Shown here one piece after another: positions 15,298 to 31,886 of a DNA stretch of 64,000 nt. The notes below the pieces were generated by a model. The model made no database searches. It was not told the DNA's origin and saw only the letters and a list, made by a program, of their open reading frames with translations. Position 1 is the first letter of the stretch; the number at the start of each line of letters is the position of its first letter. Made by a program: the position numbers and the translations under genes. Source of the DNA: the human T2T-CHM13v2.0 reference genome, Homo sapiens; the NCBI RefSeq assembly GCF_009914755.1, contig NC_060936.1. One strand, given 5' to 3'.

Positions 15298-15548
15298 ATA
15301 TATATATCACGGTAGTATTACTCAATGGTCACACCTAAATGTGGTATATATATATATACCTAAAATATATATATCATTTTTTTTCACTTGTTGGTTGATG
15401 GGCATCTAGACTGTTTCCATATTTTTGCAATTGCAAATTGTGCTGCAATAAACATACATGTGCAAGTGTCTTTCATATAATGACTTCTTTTCCTCTGGGT
15501 AGGTGCCCAGTAGTGAGATTGCTGGATCAAATGGTAGCTCTACTTTTT
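14880..15548 (-). mobile_element. L1PB/L1MA-type 3' end
   Basis: Reverse-strand L1 3' UTR and ORF2 end (ttgtttttatggctgagtagtattcca, gagattgctggatcaaatggtag). Confidence 0.8.
15251..15308 (+). repeat. (TG)n then (TA)n microsatellite
   Basis: Seen directly. Confidence 0.95.
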
Positions 15549-17829
15549 TTCTATATTTCAATTCATTCTTTTACTCATATATATAATCAGCAACAAATCC
15601 TTTTAGTTTCTTTTAGATTACTTTTATTATTCTCAAAATCCTATTCAACAGTCTCCATTGATTCATCTATGGGTTACTTTGATTGGCTGCTATAATATTC
15701 CTTTCCTTGTTTTCTTCTCTAATTCTCTCCTGCACAAAACATTCTAAGACTGCATTTTACTATATCAATAAAAAATTTTAACAGAGTCTCTGTAAACTTG
15801 AAATTTCTTAGCTTAATACCTTATAGTACTATACAATCTAGCTATAACCTACCTCTAATATTCACCTCTCAACACAAAATTTGTATTATATCTAGAAGGA
15901 TCATTCATTGTTCACTAAATACACACCACTCATTCTATCTGACTAGGTCATACATCTATTTACCTTCTATTTACTGTTTATATCCAATGTAATCTTCTAG
16001 GCTTAGGTCAAATTGCTCATCCTCCCTGAAGCTCCTGGGTCACTCCTGCTCCTAGTGACCTTTCTTTTCTTTGGAAACTTTACTATATACACCATCTATT
16101 TGATATTCACTGACTTAGCTCTTAAAACTTGGATTATCTTAATTTATCCTGCAGTTTCAATTGTATTGAGAATTCGCTGAGTATAAAAAACTGTGGAAAA
16201 TATATTTTGAATACAGTGGTTAGCAAAATATTATGCCCTTAACACACAGTTATTAAATAAGCAAATGTTTGCTTAAGTGTACATCATGTGAAAAATATCC
16301 ACAATCCAGAAAAGCTTAAGCTATATTTATAAATCAATAGCTTTTATCTGTGAATTCAGCTACCTTTAATACTTGACACTAAACTAAGGAAGGTCAAATG
16401 TCAAATATTTGATCTTAACATCCGTCTCACTTAAAAATAAAGTGAATTCTTGTTGAAGGCTTTTATTTTTAATGTTCAAAAACCCTGAACACTTTCCTTC
16501 TCTCCAGATGACATAGCCATCAATGGATATGTCGCCACATGACTAAAATTTCATTTATTCTCTCTCTGTTCTTTTCTGACAGTCTTGTACCGTAATCTCT
16601 GCCCTTTCTCTAAATCTCCCTCAGTTTTACATTCTGACCTAAAAAAGTTCTAACCTACAAAAGAAGCAATAAAGAACTTTAAAGATTGATGAACAAGTAC
16701 ATACCTAAAGAGAATAGCAAAAAGCTGAAAATTTTTGTTTTATAAAATTGTTTTAAAAGAGTCATTTCATTAGAACTATATTTTGAATATGCAAAAAATA
16801 CAAAATGGATTAAATAATTTCCAGAGATTTAAAAATTTTATTTTTATCCAGTAGTTAAAATACTTTTTATTAACAGCAAATATTAAAATGTAAATGCTGG
16901 CAGTCACGCAATTCCTGAATTAAAACTCTAATCTAATGCAGATAAGGCCTTCATTTTGCCAAAAACATTCAAGTCTTTTATCTCATCCCTTTAGCTTACT
17001 GAGTGGCAGAATCTTCTTTCTCCTGCTTTATGCTTCTGTATTCCTTCAGGGGAGATTTTTGCCATCTGAGGAAGCAGTCTACCTGTAACTGACCACCTAT
17101 CTCAGTTATTTGTCCTTATAAAAAATTTGTAAGTGTGCATACAGAGAGATTACCTCAAAAAAAGTGTCACCTATCATTCAACTCATTGGAATCCTGCAAA
17201 TAAACACGTGATACATTCCTTCCTTGCTGCGTGACTTACATAGGAACTATAGACTCTCTGACTTTTCCAGGTTTTTTGTCTTCAGTTTCACTCGCTTTCT
17301 ATCAATATCATGAAAAGCTTTTTTGCCTATACCATGTATGCCAAGAACTGTCACTTTTATACATGTTTCACCAAAAGAGAGAAAATTTTGTATGCATATT
17401 CACAAAATAGTAAACTGAAATTCAGCAAGTTTAAATATTTTTCCAAGATCTCATAACTAAGGGCTGAAATCTAAAGCCTTCACAATTATGAGCCCTTATT
17501 TTTGATTCTAGATTGTATTATAGCATTAGCAGTCTATTTTTCTGCTATGTACCTCTAGGCTATACCTGTTCTTGCCAGATACTGCCCAGAAAGACTCTTC
17601 AAATGTTTGCCTGGCTCATCAAAAACAGTTTCCAGCCAGAGACCTGAGCATCTTCTTATGTACCCAGGAAATATCCCCAAAGATAGTGGCTACATTGTAC
17701 TTGGCAAACCCTCTATAGCGGAGACATTACCTAGCTAAATGAAAGAGGATAAAGAGCAAAAGATATTAGGTGTAATGTGAAACCTCTGACAGGCTGATTA
17801 TAGTAGGCTATTATGTATGTGCTGAGAAT

Positions 17830-19340
17830 TAAAATTAGCTCTTCCAGTTGTGGCATGTGGCATAAGACCACCACAGCCCATCCCACCTACTGATTACAAC
17901 TATAATTTATGAAAATATATTTTTTAAAACTATATAAGACACCTTAATAATAAACAAAAGGAGGCAAATTGTGAAAGGAAATCAGAACTTGGAGATTTTA
18001 CCCACATAAGGACGTTTTCTCTACTTTTTTTTTTCTTTTTTAACTTATGTACCTGTAGAGCTGTGCCCTGAGGGTGGACCCTAGTTGCAGAGAAGCAAGA
18101 TGGTAGTGGCAGCTTTGACAGCAAAATCTCCAACAGAAACTTTGTGTTTCTGACTGAAAGAACCAAGAAACGTGGCCTGTGTTTGCCAGAGACTATAGGA
18201 AAGTCCCCGATAAAAGACAGAAGGGTATGCACTAACTCTGTATATAAATCTACACAATTCTCAGCCTAATCCCTGAGCTGCTATTGAGCAGGACAGACTT
18301 ATATCAGAACAAAAAAGCCTTTGCAAATTTAACTGAGATTTGAACACCTAAAAACAAAAGTTAGAACAGAATTTATATTCCTAATATAACTAGATTGATT
18401 GCCTACTTTAAAATGTCAACTTTCTCCAGAAGATTAAACAGCACAGAGTTTCCACAACATAACATTAAAAATATCCACAATACAACTCAAATTGCTTATA
18501 TAATACCCAGGAAAATACGAACAATCCTCAGTTGAAAAGACAATAGATACACTCTGAAATGATCCAGATTTTGGAGCTGTTGGGCAATATTTTGAAGCAG
18601 CTATAATAACTATCCTCCATGAGGTAAGAAAAAAACACACTTGAAATCAATGAAATGTTAGAAATTATTGGCAAGAAATAAAAATCACAAAACAAATGTA
18701 CATTTAAAGACTGAAAAATAAAATACCTAAAATGATAAATCTTGCTGGATGGACTCAAGAGAAGAATGAAGATGACAGTGAACTTGAAGATAGACTCATA
18801 GAAATTATCCAAGCTACAGAACGTAGAGGAAAAAAGATTGAAATAAAAGAGAACAGAAGATTGGGAGTCTGTTGGAAAATATCTAAAGATCTTACATTTG
18901 TGCCTTTGGAATCCAAGAAAGACAGAAGAAAGAGGTTGGGGCAGAAAAATATTTGAAGAATTGATAGCCAGAAACTTAGTGAAAGACATAAATTTAATTA
19001 TATTATATATTATTTAATTATATATTACACATTGTAATAAAACTGCTGAAAACTAAAAACAATCTAAAAATATCTTGAAACAGAGAAAAACAACATATGG
19101 TATATGGAGGAATAGTGAAATAATGTAGTCTGGAGACTATGGAGAAACAGCAGAAGGTAGAAGACAGTGGAACGTCTTTAAAATGTCGGCAAAAATGGAA
19201 AGAACTGTCAGTTTGGAATTCTATCACCAGAGAAAATATCCTCTGCAGCAAAGGAGAAAGAAATACATATTCTAATAAAAAAACACAAAGAATTTGCCCC
19301 AAGCAGACAAACTCTACAAACAAACAAAAAAAGCTAAAGA
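17830..19340 (+). mobile_element. Old L1M 5' region and ORF1 remnant
   Basis: ORF1-like peptide SELEDRLIEIIQ (ORF 18732-18956) and gcagaaaaatatttgaagaa. Confidence 0.65.
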
Positions 19341-19344
19341 TTTT

Positions 19345-20418
<1,074 letters not shown>

Positions 20419-20420
<2 letters not shown>

Positions 20421-20445
20421 CAGATAGATAAATGATTAGACAGAC

Positions 20446-20494
<49 letters not shown>
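20419..20494 (+). repeat. (GATA)n tetranucleotide STR, 12 perfect units at 20447-20494
   Basis: Counted directly. Confidence 0.95.
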
Positions 20495-20495
<1 letters not shown>

Positions 20496-21450
20496 GTAAC
20501 CATACTGTAGGGTGCAGCTAGTAATCCCTGGCATACAAATGTATTGAACCTATACTCATCCATAACTCTTTAAACTTTCCCAAGTGCTATTGCTAAGCCA
20601 ACTTTTTTTTTTATATTCTGAATTTGCAAAGTGAGTTTTCTACACCCAAAAGAAGAAACTGACATTCAATCTATCTTCAATCTATCCTTTTTAACCTTGT
20701 TGGATACAATTCATCATTCCAGTCCCTCTTAATCCTGGTTATTTAATCCAGCATATTCACATTATTGACACATTCATTCTCAGGTTATTGACACGTTCAC
20801 GTTGCATACCTATATATTTCTTTAAACCATGATAAAAACTGTTTAGTGGTACAGGATAAAGATAAGTATCTAAGGTATATAGGTAGAAAATGCTTATATT
20901 TTACCTCTAAATTAGTAAGTTCTTCTTTTTCAATCTGTCTTCTCCCTGTAGTAAGAAAAACATATGAACTTAATCTTCCAGTATTTTATCTGTTTTGTAT
21001 AGTTTCTCAATAACCACTAACAATGGATAGTTCATCTTCTCTTGTTTGTACAATTTTTTTCAGCATCTGGGAATAGAGGCTGAGTGTCAGGAAGTTTGGA
21101 ATCATTTAAGGCAGTTCAAAGCAATTTGAAAAAAAAACAAAAAACAGAAAAGAAAAACAAAGAGTTCAATTGCCTGTTAGCTCATAAACAACTCATCAGC
21201 ATTTGGTATTTAGTACATTCTAAAAAATAAGTGAAGTTTAAAACCTTACTTCTACATGTTATTAAAATAGAGAAATAGAAAAACTTGCCCAACTTCAGAA
21301 GACACTTCAGTGACAAAATCTGGGATCTAATTAGAATTCTGAATTTTTAGAAGAAATTTAGTTTGCATGTATTGAGTTAGAAAAAGAATTATATCTACTA
21401 GACTGTGACTTCTGTCCAGTTGATAACTTCGTCAAGTCAAAGATTAAATA

Positions 21451-21539
21451 TGTATAACATGTTTTATATATATATGTTATTAACATACATGTGTATAACA
21501 TGTTTTATATATATGTTATTAACATATATGTATATAACA
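21451..21539 (+). repeat. AT-rich ~40-bp tandem duplication
   Basis: tgtataacatgttttatata..tgttattaacata occurs twice in tandem. Confidence 0.85.
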
Positions 21540-21839
21540 AGATTATTATACTAGTGAATTTGTTATTTCTTTGAAGGCAGAAGCTATTCTGATCTCCTTT
21601 TTGTGCTCTCTTACAATCATGCAAAGTGCTAGACACACGGTGGTTAGATTTTTAAACTTATTTTTAGAAAATAATTATTGAAAATCACCTATTTATCATA
21701 AGATTCTTGTTACTGGCTTAAACTGATGTGAAATGAAGTACGAGACCGTGCTAATTTAATTCATAAAGACCTGAAATTATTCCACCTTTATATTAACAAT
21801 CAACACACACACACACGTTGGAAAGATTATTCTACCATT

Positions 21840-24800
21840 TATTTTATATTGGATATTGACAAATTATAATTGTATATATGTATGGGGGACATAAATACAA
21901 AAGTGATATTATGATTTTTTAATACAACGTGGAATGATTAAATTAAGCTAATTAACATATATCACCTCAAATATTTAACTATTTGTAATTAAAACATTAG
22001 AAATTTGCTCTTAGTGATACTGAAATGTACAATACTCAATTATTAGTGATATTCAGCATGCTGTGCTATTGATCTCAAAAATACCCATATTTCTCTTGTC
22101 TAACTAGGCTTTGTAACCTTTGACTATCATTTCCCCATTTCCCACACCTCTAGCCTTTGTTAACTGCCATTCTACTCTCTGTTTCTATGAGTTCAATTGT
22201 TTTAGATTCCACATATAAGTGAGAACATGCAGTATCTGTCTTCCTGTGTTTGGCTTATTTTACTTAGCGTAATATTCTCCAGTTCTATTCATGTTATTGT
22301 AAATGACAGAATTTCTTTTCTTTTGAGGTTTAATAATATTCCATTGTACACAAACACCACATTTTCTTTATCCATTCATTACTTGATGGACACTTGGGTT
22401 GATTTCATAATATAGCTATTGTGAATAGTGCTGCAATAAATATGGCAGTGCAGACATCTTTTCAACATACCGGTTTCAAATATTTCATGTAAATGCCCAG
22501 AAATGGGGTTGCTGGCTTATATGGCAATCTTGTTTTTAGTTTCTGAGGAACTTCCATACTGTTTTTAAAAATGGTTGTACTAATTTACATTCCCACTGAC
22601 AGTGACAAGGGTTCCCTTTTCTCCACATTCTTGTCGATAATTGTCTTTTGTCTTTTTGATAATAGCTATTCTAACAGGTGTAAGGTGATATCTCATTGTG
22701 ATTTTAATGCATCTGCCTAATAATTAGTGATGTTGAGCATTTTTTTCATGTATCTGTTAGCCATTCATAGGTCTTCTTTTGAAGTATGTCTATCTGGGTT
22801 TCTTGACCCACTTCTTAATTGAATTGTTTTCTTTCTATAGAGTTGAGTTCCTTATATAATTTGGATATTAATTCCTTATCAGATATATGACTTGCAAATA
22901 TTTTTTCCATTCTATAGGTTGTCTCTTTGCGTTGTTTATTGTTTCTTTTGCTGTGCAGAAGCTTTTCATTTTGATGTAATCCCATTTGTCTATCTTTGCA
23001 TTTGTTGTCTGTGCTATGGGATCAAATCTAAAAAATCATTGCTCAGACCAATGTCATGTAGATTTTTCTCTGACTTTTCTTCTCATAGTTTTACAGTTTA
23101 AGATCTTATATTTAAGTCTTTAACTCATTTTGAGTTGATTTTTATGTATGGTGTGAGATAAGGGTTCAATTTTATTCTTTTGCATATGAATACCCAATTT
23201 TTCCAACACCATTAATTATAGAGGCTGTCCTTTTCTCATCGTATGTTATTGTCACTCTTGTTGATCAATTGACTGTACATGTGGGGGTTCTTGGGCTCTC
23301 TAATCTGTTCCATTGGGTTGATATATTTATTTGTACGCCAGTACTAGCTGTTTAATTACTATCATTTTGTTGTATAGTTTGAAATCAGGTAGTATGATGC
23401 CTCAGGGTTTGTTCTTTTTGCTCATGATGGCCTTGGCAATTTGGAGTTTTTTGTGGTTCCACGTGAATTTTAGGATTCCTTTTTTTCTATATCTATGAGA
23501 GATGAATTTGGAATTCTGATAGTGTTTGCACTGAATCTGTAGATCACTTTTAGGAAATATGGACATTTTAAGAATATTAATTATTCCAATCCATGAATAC
23601 AGGCTATCTTTCCACGTATTTGTGTTTTCTTCAAATTTTTTCCATTAATGTTTTATATTTTTCAGTGTACAGGTCTTTTGCCTCCTTTGTTAAATTTGTT
23701 CCTAAATATTTTTTGTAGCTATTGCAAATGGAATTATTCTCTTGATATCCTTTTTGGAAAGTTCATTGTTAGTCTAGAGAATTGCTACTGATTTTTACAT
23801 GTTGATTTTGTACCCTACAACTTCGCTGAATTCATTTATCAGTTCTAACAGTTTTTTGGTGGAATCTTTTGAGTTATCTATATATAAAATCATGCCATCT
23901 GCAAACAAAGATGATTTAACTTCTTCTTTTCCAGTTTTGATGACTTTTCTTTCTTTCTCCTTTCTAATTGCTCAGGATGGATACTCTAGTGCTATATTGA
24001 ATAGAAGTGGTTAGAGTAGGCATCCTTTTCCTGCTCTAGATTTTAGAGGAAAAGCTTTCATTTTCCCCATTGAGTATGATGTTAGCTATGGGTTTGTCAT
24101 ATATGGCCTTAATTGTGCTGAGATACATTCTTTCCATACCAAATTTCTTGAAAGTTTTTATCATAAAAGAATGTTGAATTTAATTAAATGCTGCTTTTTT
24201 TCTAGTGAGATGATTACATGATTTTGGTCCTTCATTCAGTTAATGCAATGTATCACATTAATTGATTTGCATATGTAGAATCATCCTTGCATCTCAGGGA
24301 TAAATCCCACTTGTTCGTCGTCAATGATCCTTTTAATGTGTTATTGAATTTGATTTGCTAGTATTTTGTTGAGGATTTTCATGTCTATTAATATGTTTGT
24401 GAAGACTATTGGCCTGTAGTTTTCTTTTCTTGTGATTTTCTTCTCTCCCTATATTGTAAGGGTAATGCTGGTCTTGTAAAAAGAGTTTGGAAGTATTTCT
24501 TCCTCATCAATTTTTTTGGCAAAGTTTGTGGCAAATTGGTATTATTTCTTCATTAAATATTTGATAGAATACAGCAGTGAAGGCATCAGGTCCTGGGCTT
24601 TTTTTTGAGGAGAGACTTTTTATTACTGCTTCAATCTCTTCTCTCATTAATGAACTATTCAGATTTTCTATTTCTTCATGATTCAGTCTTCATAGGTATA
24701 TGTGTCTAAGAATTAACCCATTTCTTCTAGGTTATCCAATATTTTGGCATACAACTCTCTGTAATAGTCTCTTGTGATCTTTTGTATTCTTTTGGTGCCA

Positions 24801-27460
24801 GTTGTAATAGCACTTTTTTAATTTCTGATTTTAATTTGAGTCCTCTCTTTTTCTCCTGCTTAGTTTAACTACAGGTTTGTTGATTTTGTTTATCTTTTTA
24901 AAAGCCAAACTCTGAGTTTTGTTGATCTTTGTTTTGTTTTTGTAGTCTCATCTATTTCTGCTCTGTTCTTTATTATTTCTTCTGCTAACATTGGGCTTAA
25001 TTTGTTTGCTTTTTCTATTTCCTTGAAGCACAACATTAAATTGTTTATTTGCAAGTTTTGTTCTTATTTGATATTGGCATTTATTGTTACAAACTTTGTT
25101 TTTAGACCTGTTTTTGCTGTATCTCATGTTTTGTTATGTTATGTTTTCATTTTTCCTTGTCTTAAGGTATTTTTTAATTTCCCTTTTAATTTCTTCATTG
25201 ACCTATTGGCTGTTCAGGGGTGTGTGGTTTAATTTCTATTTATGTGTTAATTTTCTAAAATTCCTCCTGTTACTGATTTCTACTCACATATCATTGTGGT
25301 TAGAAAAGGTACTTGCTGTGATTTCAATCTTCCTAATTTTTCTAAGACTTTTATTACGGCCTAACATATGATCTGTCCTGAAGAATATTCTGTGTGTGCT
25401 TAAGAGAAAACTTTATTATGTTGCTGTTGGATGGAATGTTCCAGATACATCCATTGCGTCCTTTTGGTCTAAAGTGTTGTTCAAATTCAGTGTTTCCTTA
25501 TTAATTTTCTGTATGGATGATCTGTCCACTAGTGAAAGTGATGTATCGAAGTTCCCTACCATTATTGTATTGAGAAGAATCTATCCCTTCAGAAACTTTA
25601 ATATTTGCTTTATACATATAGCTCTTCCACTGTTAGAAGCATATATATTTAAAAGTGCTATGCCCTCTTGATGAATTGACCCCTTTACCATTATACAATG
25701 TCTTTGTCTCTTTTTGCAGTTTTTTATTTAAAGTCTATTTTGTCTGATATAAGTATTGCTACCCCTGCTCTTTTTTGGTTTCAGTTTTCACAGACTATTG
25801 TTTTTCATCCCCTCACTTTTAGTCTGTGTGTCCTTAAAAGTGAAGTGAACGTCTTGCAGACAGCATATAGTTAGATCCTGTATTTTTTTATCCATTACCT
25901 CACTTTGTATCTTTTATTAAAGAATTTAATACATTTACATTCAAAGTAAGTATTGACAGGTAAAGACTTACTAGTATCATTTTGTTACTAACTGTATTGT
26001 TTTATTTATGTGTAGATACTTGGTTTTTTTCTTCCTCTGTTGCTGTCTTTCTTTGTGGATTGATGGTTTTCTGTAGTAGTATGTTTTCAATATTTTTATT
26101 TGTGTTTTGTGCATTTTCTATAGATTTTTTCTCCTTGGTTACCCTGATGCTTACAAATAATATCTTTCGCTTACAACAGTCTATTTCAAGCCAATAACAA
26201 TGTAACTTTCATTGCATACAACAACTCTATACTTTTCTCCTCACACACCATTTTATGTTTTTTATGTCTGAATATATATTATTTTGTAATATGTATTCCT
26301 TGACAGTTTATTTTAGCTATAGTTCTTATTAATAATTTTGTCTTTGTGCCTGGGATAATATTACTTTACACACCACCGTTATAGTCTTAAGAGTGTTCTG
26401 AATGTTGTTCGGTATTATTTATACCATTAGATTTCATGATTTCATAAGTTTCATGTTATTAGCTAACAAATTTTTCTTTCAGTTTAAAGAACTCCCTTTA
26501 ATAATTTCTGTAATGCAAGCCTAATGATGATTAACTCCCATGGCATGGTTTGTCTGGGAAAGTTTTTATTTCTTCCTTATTTTTGAAAGACAGATTTTCT
26601 GGGTAAAATAGTCTTGGTTGGTAGGCTTTTTCTTCTTTCAGCACTTCTACTATATCATCCCACTCTCTCTCCTGGACTGAAGGGTTTCTGCTAAGAAGTT
26701 TGCTGGTAGTTGTATTGGGACTCCTTTTGCTGCTCTCAGAATTTTTTCTTTGATTTTTTTAATAGTTTGATTCTTATATGTTGTGTTGAATTCTGAATTT
26801 GATTGGAGATTTCTGTGGTTCCTATATTTGGATGTTAGCTTTTTTGGTCATATTAGGGAACTTATCATCCATTATTTCTTTAAATATGCTTTGTGACCCT
26901 TGTATTCCTCCTCTCTGTATTTAATTCCTTTTACTCATGGCTTGGGTCTCTTGATGGTGTACCAACATTCCCATAAATTTTCCTTCTTCCATTTTTTTTT
27001 TCTTTTTGCTCCTCTGCTTGGATAATTTCAAATGTTCTGTCTTCACACTCACTGATTCTTCAGTGTGATTTCACTGGCTGTTGAAACTTTCTATTGCATT
27101 TTTTCAGTTCAGTCATTATATTCTTCTTCTCTATGATTTATTTTTGGGGTTTTAAAATCATTTCTATTTCTTTCTCAAACTTCTCATTTTGTTCAAGTAC
27201 TGTTTTCCAAATTTTACTTTTTGCCCATATATTCTTGGAGTTCATTGAATTATTTTACGGAGTTATTCTGAATTATTTTTCTGTCATTTCTTAGATATCC
27301 CTTTCTTTGGGCGTCATTGCTGGAGCATTTTTGGTTTCTTTTTGAGATGCCATGATTCCTTGAGTTTTTGTAAACCTGTGTCCTTGCATTGGTGTTTGTG
27401 CATTTGTGGAGGCAGCCACCTTTTCTGGCCTTTACAAGTGTTCTTTGACAGAGATAGACC
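21840..27460 (-). mobile_element. L1MA-type LINE-1, about 5.6 kb, antisense to PIK3C2G
   Basis: Continuous reverse-strand L1 from the 3' UTR (21840) through ORF2 to the ORF1 region. Many stops. Confidence 0.88.
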
Positions 27461-28741
27461 TGTGGATGGGTGCAGAATTCTTGTTGTAAGGAGATATAAG
27501 TAGGTGACCTCCTATTCTGCCCCATCTTGCTGACATCACTCCTCAGCCATTATTCATTCTACCATTTAACTGAGGCACAAAAACAAATCATATCGCAAGT
27601 GCTTTTATTATACACTATTATTTTATAAACAGACCCTTTTCATGATGGCTAACCTGAATTTAAAAACTGCAATGTGACAGGCACATAGATGAGAAAATGC
27701 TTTTATATTATGTTGTTTTGTTTCTGGTATAGACCTCAGGTTTTGATAGTTCCATCATATTTTAATCATCAGTTGATTTCCACTAAAGCTTATATTATCC
27801 TATGATTGGAGACATTTAAGCTAAAGAAAAGATGAAAAATTCTCATAAATTATTCATTGAAAAGATAATAACCTATTAAATACAATTAAGCCTTAGATTA
27901 ATCTACAGAAGTTTCCAATGCATCTGATATTTTTAAACCACGTCTGTATCTTCATCACATTCCTGGTAAAACTTGATCTAGAAGTGCTCTTTCTTTCTTG
28001 GTCTTTCTTTGTAGTGAATCAATATAGGATCGTGATTAGGAACATAGGTTATATAGAAAAACCTCCTCAATAAACTGAAGCTGATAATCCTGGCCTGAGG
28101 ATTATTTTAATAGAGTTCTTTAAATATAGTAAATAGTCATTATGTAATAGCTATTATTATTGTTATTATTACTATGAGTGCAAAATAAATATTTTCCCCA
28201 TATACACATATGAAAATACTGAAGAGTTGCTGGCATACCCCATAATATTAGATGTTTCACTTACTTTATAAACAGTTTAAAATGTGCTTTGTTTTTGTAC
28301 TAACATGCTACTGCTTTTTTTCTGTTTTGATATATTACCCATGTTTTTAAGATAATTTTAATTTGTTGGTGATAAGAACAATAGTAGCATTGAAAGCCAT
28401 TTGAAATGCTATATGCAATCTGGGGCAAGAAACAAAGGCAGAAGATTGGTATATTTAATTATTCATGTACTTAAAACAATACCATTTAGAGGTCAACATT
28501 GTGAACAAAGAATTACTAATATGCATCATAGATTTTAAGTTTTGCAACCTGAAATAATAACTAAGCTAAGAATCCCCTGTATTCCTCTCTTCAGTTGAGA
28601 AAGAAGTATCCTCACTAGTGAATTCTAAGAAGATCCTAAGGTCTTCATTTCCAATCTTTCCAAGTAGTGGGACACCTTTTTAAACTTAGAGAAAATTATC
28701 TATCAAGTGTCCCTGAAATCTTTTTAATATCTTATAATTTA

Positions 28742-28859
28742 TCTGGGCACAGTGGCATGGTAGTTCCAGCTACTTGGGAGGCTGAGGCAGGAGGATTTTT
28801 TGAGCCAGAGAGTTGGAAGCCAGCTGAGGCAATGTAGTGAGACCCCATCTCTGAAAAAA
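28742..28859 (+). mobile_element. Alu monomer (FLAM-like)
   Basis: ctgggcacagtggc..ccagctacttgggaggctgaggcaggaggat..gagaccccatctct plus an A tail. Single arm only. Confidence 0.75.
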
Positions 28860-29977
28860 TAATCTGATAATTTAAGAAATATAAAATAATTTTTAAAACC
28901 ACTATAAATGTAGCAGTGCTTTTAAAAATATTAAAATTGTGGTAACAAGAGCATTTACATATATTTGACAAAATAATAGCAAACTTGAGTGAAATGTATT
29001 AATTCCCTCTGTGGAGAATGTTTGGTGTTAACATGGATCCAGCCCCCTGGCCTAACCATGGGTCACCATACGATGCCTCTCCAATAAATTTTGAATAACT
29101 TAATATCACCAGAGCAAAGGAATGTGCTGATTTTCTTTTGTTTCTTCCTTGTACTGCACAACAGAGAGGGAGAACTTGCACAGATATGAGAGAGGGCACA
29201 GGAATACAGCACAAAAATGTAACTTTAGCTCACAGTCTCTGCCTACAAGGTCCCTAAGAAATGGTCAGGTCATCATCAGCTCCTAGGAGATTTTAAGAAC
29301 TTCTTGTGCTCATTGCCTAGATTTTCAAGGAGTTAAGGTGGAGAAACCCGGAGAGGTGATGAGGCATATCACAGAGGAGTAAACAAGGCCCCAAGGAAGG
29401 AACACAATTAGAGATGAAGTCTCTAAAAGAAAGTGAGGAGGATGGTGACTAAGGATTAATTCTGGGACTAAGTTTGAATAATGCTGTTACAAATAAAGTC
29501 TGGCTCCAGTTGGGAGTAGAGGGGATAAAGAAGGGTAGTTGGCGTGTAATTGCCTAATATTGACTCAGAGATAGGATAAGGCCAAAAGTTTAGAAGTGGA
29601 GCATTGAGACAAGCAGACTTTGACATGATTACTCCTGATTAGCCACAAAATCCAAATGATGTGCAGGAGAAAGTCACTTCTATCAGAGACATGCCTTCAG
29701 ATGGCTAGCTGTTTAGGGTAAACACCTAGGATAAACCCGAGATATTTTCACTTTACCCTATGATAGACATTTTATTCCTTGGTATTACAATAAGAAATAT
29801 TGCAATAGATAACAGGAACTATTTCAATTAAATATCTTTTTTATATTACATTACAAATGATGATTCAACAAATAACTCTGAAGTACTTTCAAAGAGCTAA
29901 ATATTATTAATACACACCTCATTGACTCAGTCATTTAATAACTATTTAGTATCCACCCTCTACCAAGCACTGTGTTA

Positions 29978-30397
<420 letters not shown>

Positions 30398-30759
30398 TTA
30401 ATTGAAGATTTAGAAATATATTGACAGCTTAGAAAGAAGGGTCTAGGATGGGGTTAGGGTAGTAGGGTAGTGAATAACCAATGGAGCAAAGCCCCAAGGG
30501 AATGTGGAGTCGGGGAAGAAGTGGAACAAAACATAGACCTTCCCTTTAAATAATTTTGTACCTCATGAGGAAGATGACATACATATCAAACTATTTTTAA
30601 AACACTGAAAAATTATGTTTTAACAGCAAATCTAGACTATATAAAATTCACAGTTGGTATGAGCAAAAAGAATTAAAGTTAGATGACTTCATATTACCTT
30701 CTGAGCACAGTAATATTATTACCTGGAATTCTAAAAGAAAAGAGTACTGTTACTTTATT

Positions 30760-31320
30760 TCAACCTACCATGAGTAAGGAAGTCCTCTAGATGACATAAG
30801 GAAACTTCTCATTGCTTATATTGAGGATCAGACTGAGAATTCTGTATCTCTAACCCTAATCATTCTTCAGGGGAGTGTTAAGTCTTTGTGAAGGTCTAAA
30901 ATGCAGCCAGAGTTTAAAAAAAAAAATTGCAGTGTAAGACATTTAGACAAGTAGTGGTTATTTAATCATTTTAAAGTAAAATTTAATTTGCATAATTAAA
31001 TCATAAGGGCAAAGGATGAAATGAGAAGTATTGATGAGGAGACAGCTAGTGATTTCTTTAATAAATTATCTGAGACTTTGAAGGAAGAGGATACGATGCT
31101 AGTAAGAAGAAAAACAAATTACTGTTGATAAGACAACAACATTGGGGGGAAGAGAAGTTTCTCTTAAAGATTTGAAAAATCAATGTCTGTGTTTTAAGCT
31201 GTTAAAGGACAAACTAAGCCTGCTGCTTACATCTAATGCACTCCCGACTTCAACTAAAACCTGTGCTGTTCTATCATTCTAAAAACTTCACAATATTCAA
31301 GGACCTCGTCAAAGACACTA
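30760..31320 (+). mobile_element. Degenerate Tigger/pogo (TcMar) transposase fossil
   Basis: Frameshifted peptides KLLIAYIEDQ, EKSMS..DKLSLLL and DF.LKPVLFYHSKN resemble Tigger1 EKSMPGFKASKDRLTLLL..DFKLKPMLIYHSEN. Confidence 0.6.
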
Positions 31321-31886
31321 ATAACTTAGAAATAGAAGCCCAAACCTTGAGTGTTACTTAATGCTGGGAAAAGGCTCTATACAAATGGATTTTCTTCTTC
31401 TGTAATGTGGAGTTTATTCTTCATACAATGGGGAATCCTCGAATGTTCAGAGAAGGAAAGTGACGTAATCAAAGCAGTCTTATGGGAAGATTCAGTACAC
31501 CAGTGGTATATAGAATGAATGAAGGAAAAGGGTGGGAAAATTAGAAGACTAAAAAGTATTAAAATCCAGTTATAATAAGTCAGGGAATAAAGATATGTGG
31601 TGGCAGATGAACCAAAGCGAAAAAGAAGGTGTTCGATCTTGGTACATAGTGGATTTGAAAATCAAGGATGAGGGGGGCACCAGGAAAACTGAGTAGCAGT
31701 ACTAACAAAGTCTAATTTGTTGGGAAAATCTGTTTTGGAACAGTGAGGAGGAAGAGAAGATAGATTCAGATTGAAGTTTATTGAGTGTAAGAATGCTAAG
31801 AAGACATCCAGATGGAAATATTCACAGATCTCTAGGCTGGGATCCTAGGGATCAACTAGAGATTCTTATTTGGGAGTCATCTACAT

